From Octopus sinensis (Eukaryota), in assembly GCF_006345805.1 (NCBI RefSeq), contig NW_021833602.1:1-57548 (forward strand): a DNA stretch of 57,548 nucleotides. Direction: 5' to 3'. Both the position numbers and the translations under genes were made by a program. Each line of letters opens with the position of its first letter. Within the stretch, counting starts at the first letter, position 1. This document shows positions 38,336-51,786 of the stretch, one piece after another. The notes under the pieces are model-generated. The model was not told where the DNA came from and made no database searches. It worked only from the letters and a program-made list of their open reading frames with translations.

Positions 38336-39308
38336 TATATGAATAAATGAAAGAATGGAGTCGAACGAAAATGTTAACAAAATTCCTTTACTCTCGACAT
38401 ATGTTTCGAAGACAACATGGTTTCATTCCAAAGGAATAAAGGGTGTAAGATGCAATCTTCTCATCAGGAAAGAAAGGGAGCCTCTCTCGGCAACAGGACA
38501 AGCAAAAATTTCGATGACCGCCTAGATGGTAAACAAAACGATAATAAGTGTTTTTTAAAAAAACCGTTAGAAGAATTGGCGTCAAAGTTAGATAGTAGGA
38601 AGAGAAGGGTTAAAGGAATGATAGGTAGGGAACCAGTGGAAAGGGAAGGGTACGTTGATTAAGAATGTTCAAAGGCTTAGGAAAAATTTCGCTATTGAAG
38701 TGGAGTGCACGTTAAGCTAATTCTTCAAAGCACGATGCCTATCGTAATCATTTTAAGGGCAGGAAATTTTGTAACATTTGCCACTCTGAGCTCTTCCATA
38801 TCCTCTTCTCTAAGGTTCCTCTTGTAAACACACTTATAGAGAAATCGTATGAATGTACGCACTGGCAGAAACGTACTTTTTACTCATACAAATGATTACG
38901 ATAGGCATCGTGCTTTGAAGAATTAGCTCAACGTGCACTCCACTTCAATAGCGAAATTCTTTCCTAAGCCTTTGAACATTCTTAATCAACGTACCCTTCC
39001 CTTTCCACTGGTTCCCTACCTATCATTCCTTTAACCCTTCTCTTCCTACTATCTAACTTTGACGTCAATTCTTCTAAGGGTTTTTTTAAAAAACACTTAT
39101 TATCGTTTTGTTTACCATGCAGGCGGTCATCGAAATTTTTGTTTGTCGTATTGCCGAGAGAGGTTCCCTTTCTTTCCTGATGAGAAGATTGCAGCTTACT
39201 TACCCTTATTCCTTTGGAATGAAACCATGTTGTCTTGCGAACATATGTCGAGAGTAAAGAAATTTGTTAACATCTTCGTTCGACTCCATTATTTCATTTA
39301 TTTATATA
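38336..39308. repeat. Inverted repeat, ~420-bp arms (38336-38753 / 38890-39308), ~136-bp spacer; Penelope pLTR-like
   Basis: gaatggagtcgaacgaa pairs with ttcgttcgactccatt; gatgcctatcgtaatcattt pairs with aaatgattacgataggcatc; CTGATGA (39177-39183)...GAAAC (39221-39225) in the arm. Confidence 0.92.
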
Positions 39309-39623
39309 TAACACACAAATTTCTGCAATGAAACCCGGAGTTTCTACCCTTGGACAGGTTCGCTTCAACCCGTGATCTGATGTGCATTTACTACCCTGGT
39401 ATCGGTTCAACGAATTTCCCATGCTGACGATAAACATAGGATAATTCATTCACCTATTGATATATTATATATATATATATATATATAATATATATATACA
39501 TATATCACTGTTTCAGTTGCATAGTGGTTTTTCTCTTTTTTCTCTAATTTATATTATTTATATTTATATTGTGAATGTCATTTATACTAAATTGAATTTT
39601 TCCCTGTAAGTTTGGAGTTATTG

Positions 39624-39675
<52 letters not shown>

Positions 39676-39984
39676 GTGTGTGTAGACTTGGAACTATAGA
39701 TCTTAGAATTATCTTATCATTAAAGTGTTCTAGAGGGTGATGAGGCCAAAAGTAAGTGCTTCCTAGAGAAGAGCCATTTTCTTGATCCCAATGGACGATT
39801 GTTGGAATAAAGTGTTGGAATGACTAAGACAGCACCTGTACTATTTTTTGGTATACTAGATGCTTTAGGCGATGGCAACATCACAGATGCTATTAATGCT
39901 GATTCCATTAAAACTTCGAATATTATAAAACACAGATACACACACACATACACATACATACATGCACTCATCTCTCTCTCTTGC

Positions 39985-40017
<33 letters not shown>

Positions 40018-40177
40018 AGACAGGCTTCATTTAATTTCTATCTACCAAATCCATTCACTAGGCTTTGGTCTACCCGAGGCTATAGTCGAAGACACTCGCT
40101 CGAGGTGCCATGCTGTGGAGATGAAGCCGGAAGCGTGTGTTTTGGAATCGAACTGCTTACCACGCACACATACCTGT
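40018..40177 (-). mobile_element. SINE family C, 5' half
   Basis: tctaccaaatccattcactaggctttggtctacccgaggctatagtcgaagacactcgc...cttaccacg. Confidence 0.75.
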
Positions 40178-40791
40178 TCCTGTTACCTTGACATTTGAAC
40201 AATATTTCTCTTCCGGTTATTCATGTTCGTCCGAGAGCAAACGAATGAGAGAAAGTAATGTTGACAGTTTAGGTGAAGGCTGGTAAAGTTTGTTTCGAAT
40301 TTCCTTCAGATTAAAAGTTGCGTCCCATATACCCCAAAGTAAACCACAACTAACTTAGGTCTTTAAAAAGATTTAAAAATGAAAGAGAGATATATGGTAA
40401 AATTCAGTGTATAAGTGTAGGGCTGATAGGACGAGCTTAGAATGAGTAAGATTATTTGTACAGCTAAAGATATATAAAAGAACAGCGTAAAGAAAAAGAA
40501 AAAAAAACGAAAGGATATTAAAATGCTGTGTTACATCAACGTATGGTTGAAATATTGGAAGCTAGGCACCAAAAGTATGAAACGCCTTGGAGAATTCCTC
40601 TGTACTAAAAGTAAATTTATTCTATGAAACATTAATAGTGGCAGTTCCTGAGGATTGTACCAGAATGGTCCATCAGATGCTTTGAATATCTTAAACTAAC
40701 CAACTCAACTTTCAATTTTAGCCAGAGTTTTGTGCAAAGCAAAAATCCCCCAACCAAAACATGCGCGCGCACACACATGCATATATAAATC

Positions 40792-40985
40792 TTTTTTACT
40801 TTACTTGTTTCAGTCATTTGGCTGCGGCCATGCTGGGGCACCCCCTTGAATGGTTTCAGTCGCACAAATCAACCCCAAGAATTTTTGGAGCCTAGTACTC
40901 ATTCTATTAGTCTCTTGTAACTTAATCATATCAACAGAGTGGTCATGCGGCTTGAGAGAACAAACACAGATACAAAGTCACAACA
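40792..40985 (-). mobile_element. SINE family C, 3' half
   Basis: ttttacttgtttcagtcatttggctgcggccatgctggggcaccccc...gcctagtactcattctat. Confidence 0.75.
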
Positions 40986-41028
40986 CATAGATATGTACTT
41001 AGATATATACATATATACAAATACACTC

Positions 41029-41096
<68 letters not shown>

Positions 41097-41986
41097 CATA
41101 TATATATAGTGACACTAGATACTCGAGGGTGGGTGGTATAATGAAAGGATTGCCAACACAAGTGTTAGAGTTCTGTGCGTTTAGCATATCGGCAGCATGG
41201 ATGGGAGTAGGTGGGTTGTGGTGAGAGTGTTGTAGGGAGCGGTACTGTGTGAGTTTAAGCTAGTGGAACCAATACTGCTGCTATTGGTAGTTGTGTTATA
41301 GTTGGTATGGCTCTTATTCCCATTTGTGGCTGGCTGATTGTTGTCAGTACCATGCTAGGAGTATTTTTGCTAGTTAGGGCCATAGATATGTGTTTCTTAC
41401 TCAGACCAGTCATAATTGTACCTAAACAGGGGAGTGTTGAGTAGTAGACCCTAACGTTTCTACGGGAGATAAACGGTAATTCTTGTGTCAGACGGGGAAG
41501 TTGCGCTTTAGTATACTAAATAAATTTCTATTATATTAGTATCTATTACGTAATTGAAGGGTTGGTTATACCACGTTACGTCACATTTCTTTCTGTTTTA
41601 CTTTTGAATACGCTATGCTTACTATCTTCAAAATTAGATAAGGGACTGAGTGAAGAACTTTTGTTTTTGATTTTATCTTCATTTTTATTTGTGCTGTTTC
41701 CGATCTGGTCGCTGTCCGTATCTGTGGTATAGTTATGAATTGCTCTGTTATCCTTGTTCGTGGTACAAATTCTACGGACAGTATTGACTAACGGGTAAGT
41801 TTATTGTTAATATTCCTCTTCTTCTTCTTCTTCTTCTTCTTCTTCTTCTCTTCTTCTTCTCCCCTCCTACTCCTTCTTCTTCTTCTTCTTCTATGTATAT
41901 ATATATAAAAATATAGAAAGAGAGAGAGACGGATAGATAGATAGATAGATAGGTAGATAGATAGATAGAGAGATAGATAGAAAGAG

Positions 41987-42033
<47 letters not shown>

Positions 42034-42050
42034 GAGATAGATAGAAAGAG

Positions 42051-42117
<67 letters not shown>

Positions 42118-42127
42118 GATAGATAGA

Positions 42128-42480
42128 TATGTTTCTTTTAGCCACACAGGGCTGCACACAGATAGAACAAATTACAAGGTAGAGCCTTTCTTTTGGGGTA
42201 AAAAAAGGAGAGTGGTGGTTTTCGATCAAAAGGGATCGTAAAAGGAAAGAAAAAGGACAAAAAAAGGGGGGGGGAGAAAAAATGAATAAATGGGATCGTT
42301 ATCACAGAAATGTCAATATGAAGTGTAAAGGGGAGGACAGGTGAGGTTTACCCGTGGAAAGAAAAGCCTACGGAAAAGACCACGGTAACTTCTGTCAATG
42401 AAGTCACATGTTATATTTCTTTTTTTTTTTTTTTTTTTTGCAAATAAGCAACTCTCTGTATTAATTTTTATGGTTCATAG
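42128..42480 (-). mobile_element. 3' end of an unidentified retroelement abutting a (GATA)n array (41932-42127)
   Basis: atgtttcttttagccacacagggctgcacacagatagaacaaattacaaggtagagc recurs at 46198, 46412 and 46732. Confidence 0.65.
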
Positions 42481-42524
42481 AATCATAGTCAAGGTGAGGT
42501 AAATAGATAGATATAGGACGGGAT

Positions 42525-42672
42525 TATTTCGGTTTCCGTCAACCAAATCCATTTACAAGGTTTTGGGTGGCTCGAGGCTATATTACAGAAAACTTGCGCG
42601 AAATGCCACGCAGTGGGACTGAAGCCGGAACCATGTCGCTGTGAAGCAAGCTTCTTATCACGCAGTCACACC
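42525..42672 (-). mobile_element. SINE family C, 5' half
   Basis: tttccgtcaaccaaatccatttacaagg...gccacgcagtgggactgaagccggaaccatg. Confidence 0.75.
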
Positions 42673-43339
42673 ATATATACATACACGCACACACACACAT
42701 ACACATACATATATTTATTTATATCTATACTTCTTCCGTTTATCGCATAACAATAATAGGACCCCGTTGGCTCGGCTGAAACATGTGTAGTATTTGATTA
42801 CTTTTTAGTTACAGACTTGATTATTGCATGATAAGAAGCATTTTCTGCTTTAGAATTGGTGTTGTACAGGGTTTGTCATAGTATCGGAATCTTCTGCGTA
42901 ATCTCGATATGAGATGAAGTATATTTAATGTGTTGATTAATAAATTTGACTGAGGAATTATCAAGTCATTCGTATCTTCTATGCAAGCCTTGTTTATGCG
43001 AGAGATTAATCAACTGTATTTACCAAGATAATTGAGACTAATCCTGCTGCAACATATACAGGGTTGTGTAAAAGTATGTACACAATTACATGATATGAGG
43101 GGAATATTTTCATCTCTCTATTTCCTGTACTTTCCACTCATTCCACTTATATCAAGCAAATGCATACCTATATTTGCCCAGCAATGTGTGTGTGTTTGTG
43201 CATATAGAGAGAAAGAGGGAGAGAGAGAGAAAGATAGATAGATAAACAAACAGAGAGACAGAGTAATAGATAGATATATAGATAGATAAGTAGATAGATA
43301 GGTAAATAGATAGATAAATATATATATATATTGCTATGT

Positions 43340-46147
43340 ACATCCGTGAGGACCTCACACCCCCAGGTCCTCTGTCATACTCAAACTCGGTGTGGGACAC
43401 ACTAATTGTACATATCAGGCAACTTGATTTAGTTGGTGTGCTACATATCGCCCTCCAGATGCCCCAAGCCATGGGGCAAGTTTGAAGACTGCCTTATAAA
43501 AATAGAAGAAATTCTAACCACATTAGAACAACACATAGGTGTGCTTCTTATGGGAGACTTCAATCTGCCCAATGTCAGATGGCCCGAGGCCTTTCTCTCC
43601 CAGGAATGACAAGATGTGAACGAGGACAGGCGAGGTCCCTCCTGAACCTCATCACACCCTGTACATGGGCAGTAATACTCCAACCAACCAGGGCAGGTAA
43701 ACACCTGGATCTCTGCTTCACAATGACATGATCTCATCCATAATGTAAAGTGACACCGACACTACTCTCGGATCACAACATGATAGAGCTGACCATGTAC
43801 GGCCCAAAAGAGAGCACGGACATGCAGCCTACAAGAAACCCTCAAAATCTTTCCAGCTTGAACTACCATAAGGCAAACTGGAAACAAATTGAGAAAGAGA
43901 TCCTCAAACAAAACTGCCTAAATGTCTCTCCTCGCCAGACATCGACGTGAAACTTCAACAATTCATGTCTGTAATGCAAGCCATATGCTACAAATGTGTC
44001 CCAGAGAAAGGCCACTGTACACAAGAACAAAATCCCCAGAGAGAGGAAAATTTTAATGAGACGGCGTACGAAATTTCAAATCGCCTAAACAAACAGATTG
44101 AAAGCAGTGAAAAGTCCCGCCTAAAAATAAAACTGTTGGAAATCGAAAATGTCTGCAACTCTCCCATGAAAAGAAAGAGCAGACAGAGAAGCCTGGGCTA
44201 TAGAAAACATAAAATCTAACCCCAGAGCTTTCTACAGGTATGCCAAAGAAACAGCTACAGTGCACTGTAGAATAGGGCCACTCCTCGAAAAGGATGGCAC
44301 ACTTACAGGAAAACCAATGAGGGTAAGTGAAATACTGAATGAGCAATTCAAGAGTGTTTTCACTCCACCCCTTGGGCATCTCCAAATCACCAATCAACTG
44401 ACTTTTTTAACACTGCAGATATAAAATCAGAGGCGGCGACGATAGATTACATCGATATAAAGGAAGATGTAACCAAGGCTATAGATGAAATGAAAACAGA
44501 CTCAGCTACTGGCCCCGATGGATTCCCGGCAATCCTCCTAAAAGCATGTAAGAGAGTCCTAGCAAGACCACTGCAGTTCCTCTTTCAGAGCTTCCTTGCA
44601 GCTGGCAAACTTCCAGGAAAACTGAAGGAAGGTAAAATATGCCCCATTCATAAAGGAGGTAGCAGAGCGGAAGCCAAGAACTATAGACCTATCTCTCTGA
44701 CCTCACACATCAGCAAGGTCATGGAACGAATAGTCAGAAGGAAGCTGATCACCTTCCTTGAAGAGAATGACTTGCTGCCCAACACCCAACATGGTTTCGA
44801 CCAGGGAGAAGCTGTTTAACTCAGCTCCTACAACACTATGACTGGGTGCTGAAACGGCTGCTCAACACTCAAATGTGGAAGTGATATATCTCGACTTTGC
44901 AAGGCCTTTGATAAAGTCGATCATGGAATGATATGTCACAAACTGCGTGATCTCAACATAGTTGGAAAACTGGGAGAATGGCTTCATGACTTTCTGAAGG
45001 ATAGAAGTCAGGTGGTAGTAGCCAATGGGGCCACCTCCATTAACACACAAATAGTGAGCGGTGTTCCGCAGGGCACTGTTGGGACCACTACTGTTCATAA
45101 TGGCCCTCTCAGACATGCCCTCAGCCACGCAGAGAGCCACGATCACAAGTTATGCAGATGATACAAAAGTTTCACAGGCAATACAGAACCCTGAGGACAC
45201 TAAACACCTGCAATGTGAGCTGGACGAAATATACAAGTGGCTGAAAAGAATAGCATGCAGTTCAATGCTGGAAAGTTTCAAGCTTTATACTATCAGCATG
45301 CAAAACTGAATGCAATACCCAATGAATACACTGGACCCGGGGGATTGCAATCCCAGAGGCACAATCAGTGCGTGACCTGGTATTCACATGAGTGATGACG
45401 CAACCTTTCATGTACATGTTGCTAAACTGACACTGAAATGTAGACGGCTGGCTGGATGGATTCTTAGAACTTTAGAACAAGAGAACAAGAAACCATGATG
45501 GTCCTCTGGAAGACACTTGTCCTAAGCCACTTTGACTATTGCTCTCAGCTATGGTCACCATCCAGTGTCAAGTTGATCACAGAACTTGAGGCGACCCAAC
45601 GAAGCTACACAAAGAAGATAGCCTCTATGCAGAATGTAAGCTACTGGGAAAGACTCAAGAGATTAAAATTATATTCCCTGGAGCGTAGGCGGGAAAGATA
45701 TGCCATATATCATCTGGAAGATCCTGGAGGGAAGTGTCCTGAACTTTGGCATCGAGAGTTACGCAAATGCCAGAACTGGGCGCCACTGCGTGGTGCCTAG
45801 GACTCCAAACCTGCCATCAAGATGTAGGACAAGATTCTGTGATAGCCTGGCTTCCGAGGCCCACAGCTCTTCAATATCCTCCCGAAGAACCTGAGAGACC
45901 TGCATGGGTGGATACAGATGTCTTTAAAATGAAGCTGGATCTCTTCCTGTCAGGTGTCCCAGATGAACCCTTCACGGCAGGAGGGGCAGATGAGGGCAGC
46001 TGCATCGAACTCTCTCATGCACCAAATAGCAGTTGCTAGAAAGCCTCCATGAAGTGAAACCAAGTAGCAACACCAATGGCGGTGCCCCAGCATGGCCACA
46101 GCTCATAAGCTGAAACTAGAATCAATCAATCAATCAATCAATCAATC

Positions 46148-46148
<1 letters not shown>
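43340..46148 (+). mobile_element. 5'-truncated CR1/L2-like LINE: APE endonuclease remnant plus reverse transcriptase, frameshifted, (ATCA)n tail
   Basis: GDFNLPNVRW and SDHNMIEL (APE); SATGPDGFPAILLK, GKICPIHKGGSRAEAKNYRPISLTSHISKVMERIV, YLDFA, SGVPQGTV, YADDTKV (RT); SLERRRERYA; atcaatcaatca at 46121-46148. Confidence 0.95.
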
Positions 46149-46195
<47 letters not shown>

Positions 46196-46197
46196 GA

Positions 46198-47052
<855 letters not shown>

Positions 47053-47149
47053 CAAATAAAAATGCGTTGTTGTGTCTAGAAACTCTACGAGTTTCATTAA
47101 GACATTGCAAACGCTTGATGGCAACCAGTGATTCTATCAGGGCCATCCA

Positions 47150-48500
47150 ATCGTCGATGTTCCATATTTATGGTATTATGGTAAGTTGAAACAAGCAGAC
47201 AGGATGATAGGACAATGGAGAATGAATATATGGGCACTGAATGAAGCTAGACATAATGGAATGGATCAAATTTCAAGGAAGGCAATACATGATTATCTTT
47301 CTTAGTAAAGGTAATATGCAGAATAACGGCATCTCTTCATTTTGAATAAACAATGTTTCTACATCAATAATTGAATAGAAACATTTAGATAACGATGGAA
47401 CGCTTTTAGTGAAGCTTAAACCTATGAAATGTAATACCTATATATTTTTTCGCTATATATAAAATGTGGCTACATATATAATGCGTCCAATGAAAAGAGA
47501 TTATTTCTTCCAATTGTTTCTAAGGGGAATTGATCGTATAGCTGTAAGAAGTATGAAAATTGTGATTGATGATCTGAATGCGAAAGCTGGCTGTAACGTT
47601 GAATATATGAAACGGAAAAAGCATAAGCAGAGGATTGTAGTTGCTTAGAAAAATGTTAATTTAAGACTGAACAGTTTCTGTGAAGCCAACATTATCAAAG
47701 AAGTAACTATCTCCTTAAACACAGGTTATCCATAAAAATACTTGAACATCTCCAGATAAAAATTACTGTAATCAATCACATTTTTATAAATCATTTACGT
47801 CAAAAAATAACGTATAGATGTTTGAATATATCGAGGTGCAAATATAAGAACTGAACATCAGTTAGTAACAGGCGCAATTAAGTTAAAGCTAAGGAAATAT
47901 AGAGCAGATTATCTGCTTTCATACAAGATTATGGGATGAAAAATGAATTTTTAATTGAATGTGGAATCGATTTGAAATGTAAGAAGCTATAGACGAAGAA
48001 ATAAGTTCTCGGCAGACAAAAAAAAAGGGAAAGGATTCAGATCGAAAATGGGAAGGCATTCAGGCACGGACGAAACAAAAATAACATCTTGAATGTAGGA
48101 GAAGATATAGGTTAGATCTTAAGCTGGAAATGGATAAATATTGGAGATTCAATAGCGGTAAAAAGAGGTACAGGAAAAATAGTATTCTTGAAAGTGAAGT
48201 AATAAATGAGATTACAACACAAGAAAGAGATAAAAACAACTAACTGTGTTTAGTGAACTAATAACATTTGATATATATACATATCCAAGAAAGTTGGAAA
48301 GAACTTTTTAGTAGTGAAAAATGCATTTAATGAAGAAAATGCTCTGATAATTTCTGAACCATAAGAGGCGTTGTAAGTGTAAGAACTATTCCAGAAAAAA
48401 ACAAGTTCGTTTCACCAATTAAGACCTGATATCCTCCAGAATTACATGAATTTGCAGAAGAATAATCTAATATTTCAAATAGTTCGTGATACGAGAAATA
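47150..48500 (+). mobile_element. Decayed RTE-clade LINE (APE endonuclease region)
   Basis: YGKLKQADRMIGQWRMNIWALNEARHNG, MKIVIDDLNAKAG and YRGANIRTEHQLV parallel the RTE APE motifs (GISE.RW, GDLNAKVG, GAD..SDH.LV). Confidence 0.7.
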
Positions 48501-48719
48501 TCAGAGTTAGAACCACGTAACTGAGGAAAAGTAATAACGAAAAGGCCAAAGCGGAATGAATTTGATTTCTGATTATTAAATCAGTCATAATTATTAAGTC
48601 AGCCCTGAGCTCATAAAGCCGTAGACATATCTAATTTGTATTGCATCTAAATATGCCAAATTTCAATACTTCGCAGAACGGTTCGCTGCTCAATCTCAGC
48701 ATTAACATCCCAGCTTTTG

Positions 48720-49375
48720 CTGGATCTCATTTATAGCTGAGTGGATCGGAGTAACGTGAAAGGGAGTATTGTCTTCAAGAACAAAACGGACTGCTATATT
48801 CTAGAATGGAAACTACGATCGTTAACCCCTTGACGCCGGTAGTATCCGAAGCATGCAAGACACTGCTCCGGTTTTTTTTTATCTAACGAGGCCACACAAA
48901 CACACAAGTGCCAACGAGCTCGCGTCTATTTACGTTCACCGTTACAATAACATAGCATTGTACATTTACGTCCACCGGTATATGAAAACGAACTATGTGA
49001 AGCTATTTATCGTATGATATGCACGAGTTATTCTGCTCAAGTTCAGAAAATAGCTTGCATGTGGTACAACTCAAAACACGGTATTATGCATGTAAAAATC
49101 CGTATGTCATTGGTCTTCTGCTAGTCTCATGACTTGATCATAACCTAAAATAGCTAAGATAATGCACGGGACTGCAAGCGAGCACACCTCAAGAGATAAA
49201 GTACACGATAGCGAACGTAACCATACGTCAGCCGCTAAAAAGTCCGTGATAGATGTAGGGCAGCTCTACATCGTATCTTTACGTTAACCGCGGATAGGCA
49301 AGCAAAAGTGTGATCACATATTTCCGTCAACCGCTGTCAAGGGTTTAAATATCAAGGGCAACATCCTAACCACTA
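48720..49375 (-). mobile_element. SINE family D head/CORE split by the MITE at 48826-49344
   Basis: ctcatttatagctgagtggatcggagtaacgtgaa...gaaactacgatcg resumes after the MITE as atcaagggcaacatcctaaccactaa. Confidence 0.6.
48826..49344. mobile_element. piggyBac-type MITE with TTAA TSD
   Basis: ttaa-ccccttgacgccgg (48822-48839) and ccgctgtcaagggt-ttaa (49331-49348); no ORF inside. Confidence 0.65.
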
Positions 49376-50551
49376 AATTATTCGTCTTTCTGACTAAGAG
49401 ACAAAAATAAATTCTGCACTTGTCCTCCTGTAGAACGTCCAGCCCATGATCTGAAGCCATGGTACGGATTCACTCGGTGACGAAGATCATGTAACAATAA
49501 ATAAATACAAATAAAGCAACAACAAAGATGCATAATTGAATCTCTGCTCCTTGTCTACACGAATACAAATATTTCCTCACCTACATACAAAACCTAATTT
49601 CTTTCTCACCAAAATCATGCAGCTCCAATACGTAATACAAAATAAGCTTTCCAATTCAGTTTTTGATTGGTTGGTTACAAAACAAATAATTCGGGAAGTG
49701 GGTACGAGGATCAATAAGAACACTGACATTAATATTCATTGAAGGAAGGTAAGTTTGTTATACATATATTTATTAATATTTACATGGAAATATCAACAGA
49801 GATTTATTAAATTCCACATTTCTTTTATTCTGTTACTCCGCCCACAAACAACTCGATTTGCTCCAATCACAGAGAAAACTGATATCTTCGTTTGATTATT
49901 CACAGTCAGGCAAAGCTAACTTTTAGTAGAATTTCGAAGTTACTGCTAGTTTTTCTTCTATAGAAATATATTTTATAATAATATCTCCACTTAAATTTGC
50001 GAATGCCTGCTTCAAAAATTTTACACACACACACATACACTCACAAACACACACACTCACAAACACACACATACACACACACAAGCACACACACACATAC
50101 ACATACTCACGTGCACACACATACACACACATACACACAAACACACACACACATATATAAGAAAAAGAGATGACAGGATAAACAATTGTTAAGTTACGAA
50201 CTTCATTAGCTAACAGCTCTTTCTGTTATAACATGCAGTGGACTCGTAGCCGAGTGCCTGAGTAACATCCTATAGCTTCAGCAGAATCTCAAATATGAAG
50301 TGCAATATATTTGGAAAAAAACAATTAGAATTGTGTAATACGCAGGGAAAGCATTACCTCTGAAAATGTAATAATTGATGTTTATAAAAAATCATGTCCA
50401 AAAGCCAATTCGATTTACTAGCAGAAAAAGCAGAAAGCATATACGCATATATACACATACGTCGCGTATGAATATATACAAATACCCGGGATTATTTGTC
50501 TCAAAGGGATCAGAAGGTCTTTCCCGAGTTATAGTGTCATAAGAGCTGCTT

Positions 50552-50612
50552 CCCCGAATTCCTGGCTTATACATTCCCGAATTCTTGGCTTATATGTCCC
50601 GAATATTGGCTT
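50552..50612. repeat. 22-23-bp minisatellite, about 2.6 copies
   Basis: ccgaattcctggcttatacattc / ccgaattcttggcttatatgtc / ccgaatattggctt. Confidence 0.75.
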
Positions 50613-50935
50613 GTTGCAGGGATTCTCACTTTTGCCAAGTGAGAGGAATGGAGTAAGGTGAAATGACAGGTTTGTGTCAAGTACATAAGGATTCGCCTGG
50701 TTCAGGATGAGAAACGACAGTTTTAAGATCACGACTACAATTCACTAACCACTGAGTCACGCTCGTCCAAATGTACATACATATATACTTACATTCATGC
50801 GAGCATCTATTTATGTATGTTATGTATGTATGTATGTATGTATGTATGTATGTATGTATGTATGTATGTATGTATGTATGTATGTATGTATGTATATATA
50901 TATATATATATATTATATATACAGAAGTATAGGTT

Positions 50936-50978
<43 letters not shown>

Positions 50979-51009
50979 TACACATATATATAATATATGA
51001 AATTTAAAT

Positions 51010-51300
51010 GCAGGACATCAAACATATTTCAACCTTAGACACCTCGAAAACAGAAAATCCAGAACCCTATCGGCATTCATCTGGAGATTTCAGTACGGGA
51101 TAAATTTGAACATCAAATAGAGCTTCCTTTGCAAGAGGATCACTTATAACCAGGGATCAAAAATGCCCCCCCGTATTCTCACTTGAAAAACTGCATCTTT
51201 TACAAAAATTCAATAATGTACAATTACTGCATAAATAGCAGAAACAAGTTTGTTTCTCATGTCCTCGTTTTAGAAACCATATCTTAGCGGGAACTAAGGA
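51010..51300 (+). mobile_element. Penelope-like GIY-YIG endonuclease C-terminal remnant
   Basis: AFIWRF, an EKLHL-like stretch and INSRNKFVS resemble the Penelope-type .YIW.LK ... C.LC..EK..I ... LN.RSE...C motifs, in that order. Confidence 0.5.
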
Positions 51301-51378
51301 TAAAACACTCAATGTTAAAATGCACCTCAGTGTTGGTTAGTATTATCGTTATAGTGTTTTTATATATATATATATATA

Positions 51379-51786
51379 TTACTCTTTACTCTTTTACTCT
51401 TTTACTTGTTTCAGTCATTTGACTGTGGCCATGCTGGAGCACCACCTTTTAGTCGAGCAAATCAACCCCATGACTTATTCTTTGTAAGCCTAGTACTTAT
51501 TCTATCGGTCTCTTTTTGCCGAACCGCTAAGTAACGGGAACATAAACACACCAGCATCGGTTGTCAAGCGATACAGACACACAAACACGCACACACATAT
51601 ATATATACATATATACATATATACGACGGGCTTCTTTCAGTTTCCGTCAACCAAATCCACTCACAAGGCTTTGGTCGGCCCGGGGCTATAGTAGAAGACA
51701 CTTACCCAAGGTGCCACGCAGTGGAAATGAACCCGGTACCATGTGGTTGGTAAGCAAGCTACTTACCACACAGCCACTCCTACGCC
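51379..51786 (-). mobile_element. SINE family C, complete and relatively young
   Basis: All modules intact; (ttttactc)n tail; inserted within (TA)n. Confidence 0.93.

Noticed and set aside
37746-38346. Near-identical ORFs on opposite strands (MFGLYCVSGINC...)
   Set aside because: A consequence of the inverted repeat; partly CA/TG microsatellite and no recognisable homology
50552-50612. Short spaced repeats as a regulatory array
   Set aside because: Only about 2.6 adjacent degenerate copies; an ordinary minisatellite
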